Below are positions 60,408 to 64,000 of a DNA stretch of 64,000 bases, piece after piece. The stretch is from assembly GCA_012295275.1 (NCBI GenBank), contig CM022668.1, positions 12,090,001 to 12,154,000 on the forward strand, read 5' to 3'. The first letter of the stretch is position 1, and the number at the start of each line of letters is the position of its first letter. The notes beneath the pieces were generated by a model, which saw nothing but the letters and a program-made list of their open reading frames with translations, was not told where the DNA came from and ran no database searches. A program made the position numbers and the translations under genes. This stretch comes from Chrysomallon squamiferum (lineage: Eukaryota; Animalia; Mollusca).

Positions 60408-60475
<68 letters not shown>

Positions 60476-62087
60476 ATTCTATTTTTTTGGTCTCTTTCTT
60501 TTGTTTTTGGGAAATCATTTTGTTATTTATTTGAATGAGAACACCAAGGAATCATGCTTCTCAAATAACGAACTACATTCACACCATCCCTTGATCCATT
60601 GTGCAAGAAAGAAAAGAAAAAAAAATCTTCAGATTATGAGACTGAAAGACATAAGAATGTTCTAAGATAACTAAAGGATTCTATTTTTAGCTGTTTACAT
60701 GGAGTGTGATGTCACTACTCAGATTTGATAACTGCTTTGTTGGCAGGTTGCCAAATGTGTTCTAATCTTTGGCAATGTCCCAACAGGTTTGCAGCAGACA
60801 TTGTGCATCTTCTTCTGTTATTTCCTCCTTTTTTTTTCTTTTTTCTGGCATTGGAATTTGCTGTAAATGCCACTTTCTTTTTTTTTGATTATTATTCCTA
60901 ATATCTTATGATATTTAGCAGATTGCAAATAGTTACTGATTAACTTTCTTTTCTTATTTTTTTCCTTTTATTTTTTTTCTTTTACTTTTCTTTTTCTTTC
61001 TTTTCTTTTTTTTTTCATTTTTATTTCATTTTTATTTTGTTTGTTTTTGTCACCTTGGTTTTAACCTTGTAGAACTTATTTTCTTATTTTTTTTAATTCT
61101 CCCTTTCTTAATGTTGGCATCATCTTTAATCATGAATGCTTTTCCTTATTTCTGTAACAGCAATGATCACTAGTGTAAAAAACTTTTTTTCTTTTTCATT
61201 TTACTGCTGAATGTTTTCTGGAATATTTATTTATTATTTTTTATTATTTTCTTTGTTTAATCTGAACCTTTTCTAAACCCCTCAACCACATTTTTCTGTT
61301 TATCTAATGGCATCATTTTTATGTCACAGTTATTTTCATTAATAAAGAAAACATTTTCTTCTTCCTTCTTCTAATTCCTTCCTTTTTTTATTTATTTATT
61401 TTTTTTTTTTATTATTATTATTTTTTTTTTAATGGTACTGACATTCACCTTTTCCTTCTTGAGAGAAACATATTTTTATATATATAACTTAGGAATTAAC
61501 AGAGAGAGTGAATCACTTCTTGCCATTTTTAATTCCTTTAATTTTTTTATGGTTTAACACAAACTATGAACGTCATTTTCCATTATCTTCATGGTTTTTG
61601 TTTGTTTTTTTCCACTTTGTATCCATTTTGTTATTTCTTCTGACTGTTCATTCCTCCATTTGTTTTAAAGGCATCAGTATTGACCTTGAATGTTGTTGTT
61701 TTTCCTTTCTGTGCCAGATTTTATGACCTTCAGTTTTTATTAAAAAAAAAGGGGGGAAGAAAAAAATCACTGATAGAAATCATGATAGCATAATTTATTG
61801 TTTTGTTGTTTTGTACTTGTTTACTTTGCTGTTTGGAATAGCAGTGGTGTCTATTATGTGTTTATTGGTGTGTTGAAAACACACAAAGAAAACAGATTTG
61901 TCAGTTTTAATGCCAATTGCTGTTTGTTTTGCTCTGAAATGTTGTACTGCAAAGCTAACTAAACTTTTATCTCAAATTTTAAAAATAGCTTTCACCTCTG
62001 AGTGTGTCTCTTTTTTTCTATTTTTCTCACTATCTCTGTTTCTTTTTCTATTTTCTTTCTTTTCTTTTTTTCTCTTTTTTTTCTTCT

Positions 62088-62122
<35 letters not shown>

Positions 62123-62151
62123 CTCTGTCTCTCTGTGTCTCTGTCTCTCTC

Positions 62152-62202
<51 letters not shown>

Positions 62203-62205
62203 GTC

Positions 62206-62294
<89 letters not shown>

Positions 62295-62507
62295 GTCTGT
62301 CTGTCTGTCTCTTTCTATTTCTTTGTGTTTCTCTATCTCTCTTTTTTTTTCCAAGTTCAATGCTAAACATTCATTTTAATATAATGGTCTTTACAAAAAT
62401 TATTACAGCATCTCAGGTTGATCACAACTGAAAAAAACAAACCCAGATATATTTTTTAATTTCTCTTCTCGACTTTTAAACTATTCTTGTTTTTTTTTCA
62501 CTTCCAG

Positions 62508-62630
62508 AGTGCAGAATGGATCCGAGTTCGAGTGCACCAAATGGAACCGGATCTCATGGATGTCGGTGCAAACCTGGATGAGGCAGTCCAGTTACAGAGA
62601 GAGCATGAAGAACTTCTCGCAAAACTCAAG
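62508..62630 (+). CDS. CCDC141: CCDC141-like exon, spectrin-like (SAEWIRVRVHQMEPDLMDVGANLDEAVQLQREHEELLAKLK); gene continues beyond the window
   Basis: Strong polypyrimidine tract plus ccag, aag|gtagag donor, phase 0-0. Matches recalled CCDC141 W..L....P.L..IG...DE...L..HE.LLAKLK. Confidence 0.9.
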
Positions 62631-63065
62631 GTAGAGCATCCATCCATCCATCTTTCTGTCTGTCCATACCAACTCTGTATCCATCTATATAGCATTAGAT
62701 GTTGCAAATAATATCCATCACTCATTCATCTTTTCATATCATCTCTGTATCATCTTGAAATCCATTTTCTTTGCTGAGTAATGGTAATCTTTTCCATCCA
62801 TCCATCCATCCATCCATCCATCCATCCATCTATGTACCCTGATATGGCCTGGTTCCTTCGAAACAAAAATATTCTTGTAGTAATTTCCTAATGCAGTGAG
62901 AGAGAATTTGTTTTTGTATTATAACATTCCTACAGCACAGTTCAGCTCTGAGTAAGTAATAATAATAACCACATCATCAACAACAATAATAGTATACTCT
63001 AATACGTTTTCATGTGACTCAACTCTTTTTCTCCTTCTTTTTCTCCTTTCTCCTTTCATATATAT

Positions 63066-63197
<132 letters not shown>

Positions 63198-64000
63198 TCC
63201 TTTAATCTTTTTATAAAACTGGTACTTTGGCACATGTCCAGATATCTAGATACTTCATTTAGCTTATTTTATCCATTAAACTGTTTATTGTGTAACTTTA
63301 TACGTTAAATTTACCTTTAATGAACCAGCAGATAACAGAACAATTATTGTACAGGCTGAAAAAGGAAAAGAAAAAACACAAAAAACTTAAAATTTCAATT
63401 ATAATAATAACAGTGATAATGATAATAATTAACTAAATAAATAAATAAATTAAGTAGATAAACACATAAAAATAAGCTATGATAAATACATAATTAAATA
63501 AACATAAATAATTCATATTAAAATGGTGAAATACTGAATAGTAAAATTCAAGATGATGGTGCCAACCTTCAAAATTATTTTAAAAGAAATATAGTTGAAT
63601 AAATGTATTAGAGAAATGTAATTTATAATGTAGGATGGATAAAATGTAGATTTGTAGGCGAATATGTATAAGAAATTGTCTTATAGATGAATATACAGAA
63701 AAAGATATGTTATATCTGAATATATATATGACACAAAAATGTAGATTTGAAGATGTGTATAAGATATGGTCTTATAGATGAATATGTATAAAAAGAATAT
63801 ATATATATATATATACACATAAACTTACATACATACGTACATATATATATATATGTATATGTATTATATATAATATATATATATATATATGTACATATAT
63901 TTATATTTATATGAATCTATAATGTATATGTATATGTATATATGTGTGTATATGTATAATATATATATATATATGTATATGTATGTATATATATATGTAT

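Overview
AT-rich, microsatellite-dense eukaryotic DNA, probably from a mollusc (inferred from repeat style, not proven). Most of the ORF track is simple-repeat noise. Two spliced + strand loci can be reconstructed with GT-AG junctions and consistent intron phases. (1) A 7-coding-exon GH18 chitinase (5398-10970, 438 aa) has a signal peptide, an intact DxxDxDxE motif, altered substrate-binding residues, no chitin-binding domain and a GPI-like hydrophobic tail. (2) A large locus begins near 17.4 kb and runs off the right end. It has a SESTD1-like module (Sec14/CRAL-TRIO plus spectrin repeats, 15 coding exons, 19366-41932) whose last exon can splice in phase to a CCDC141-like exon (62508-62630). 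A separate CCDC141-type first exon sits in the intervening intron (52334-52450). This looks like an unsplit SESTD1-CCDC141(-titin/zormin-like) locus. Unusual features: tandem 'echo' copies of exon-intron junctions at 7 splice sites, creating decoy splice sites; an 88-bp near-perfect inverted repeat enclosing a symmetric exon; two +1 frame breaks, one close to where a SESTD1-only protein would end; and a dense TGACGTCA cluster in the chitinase.
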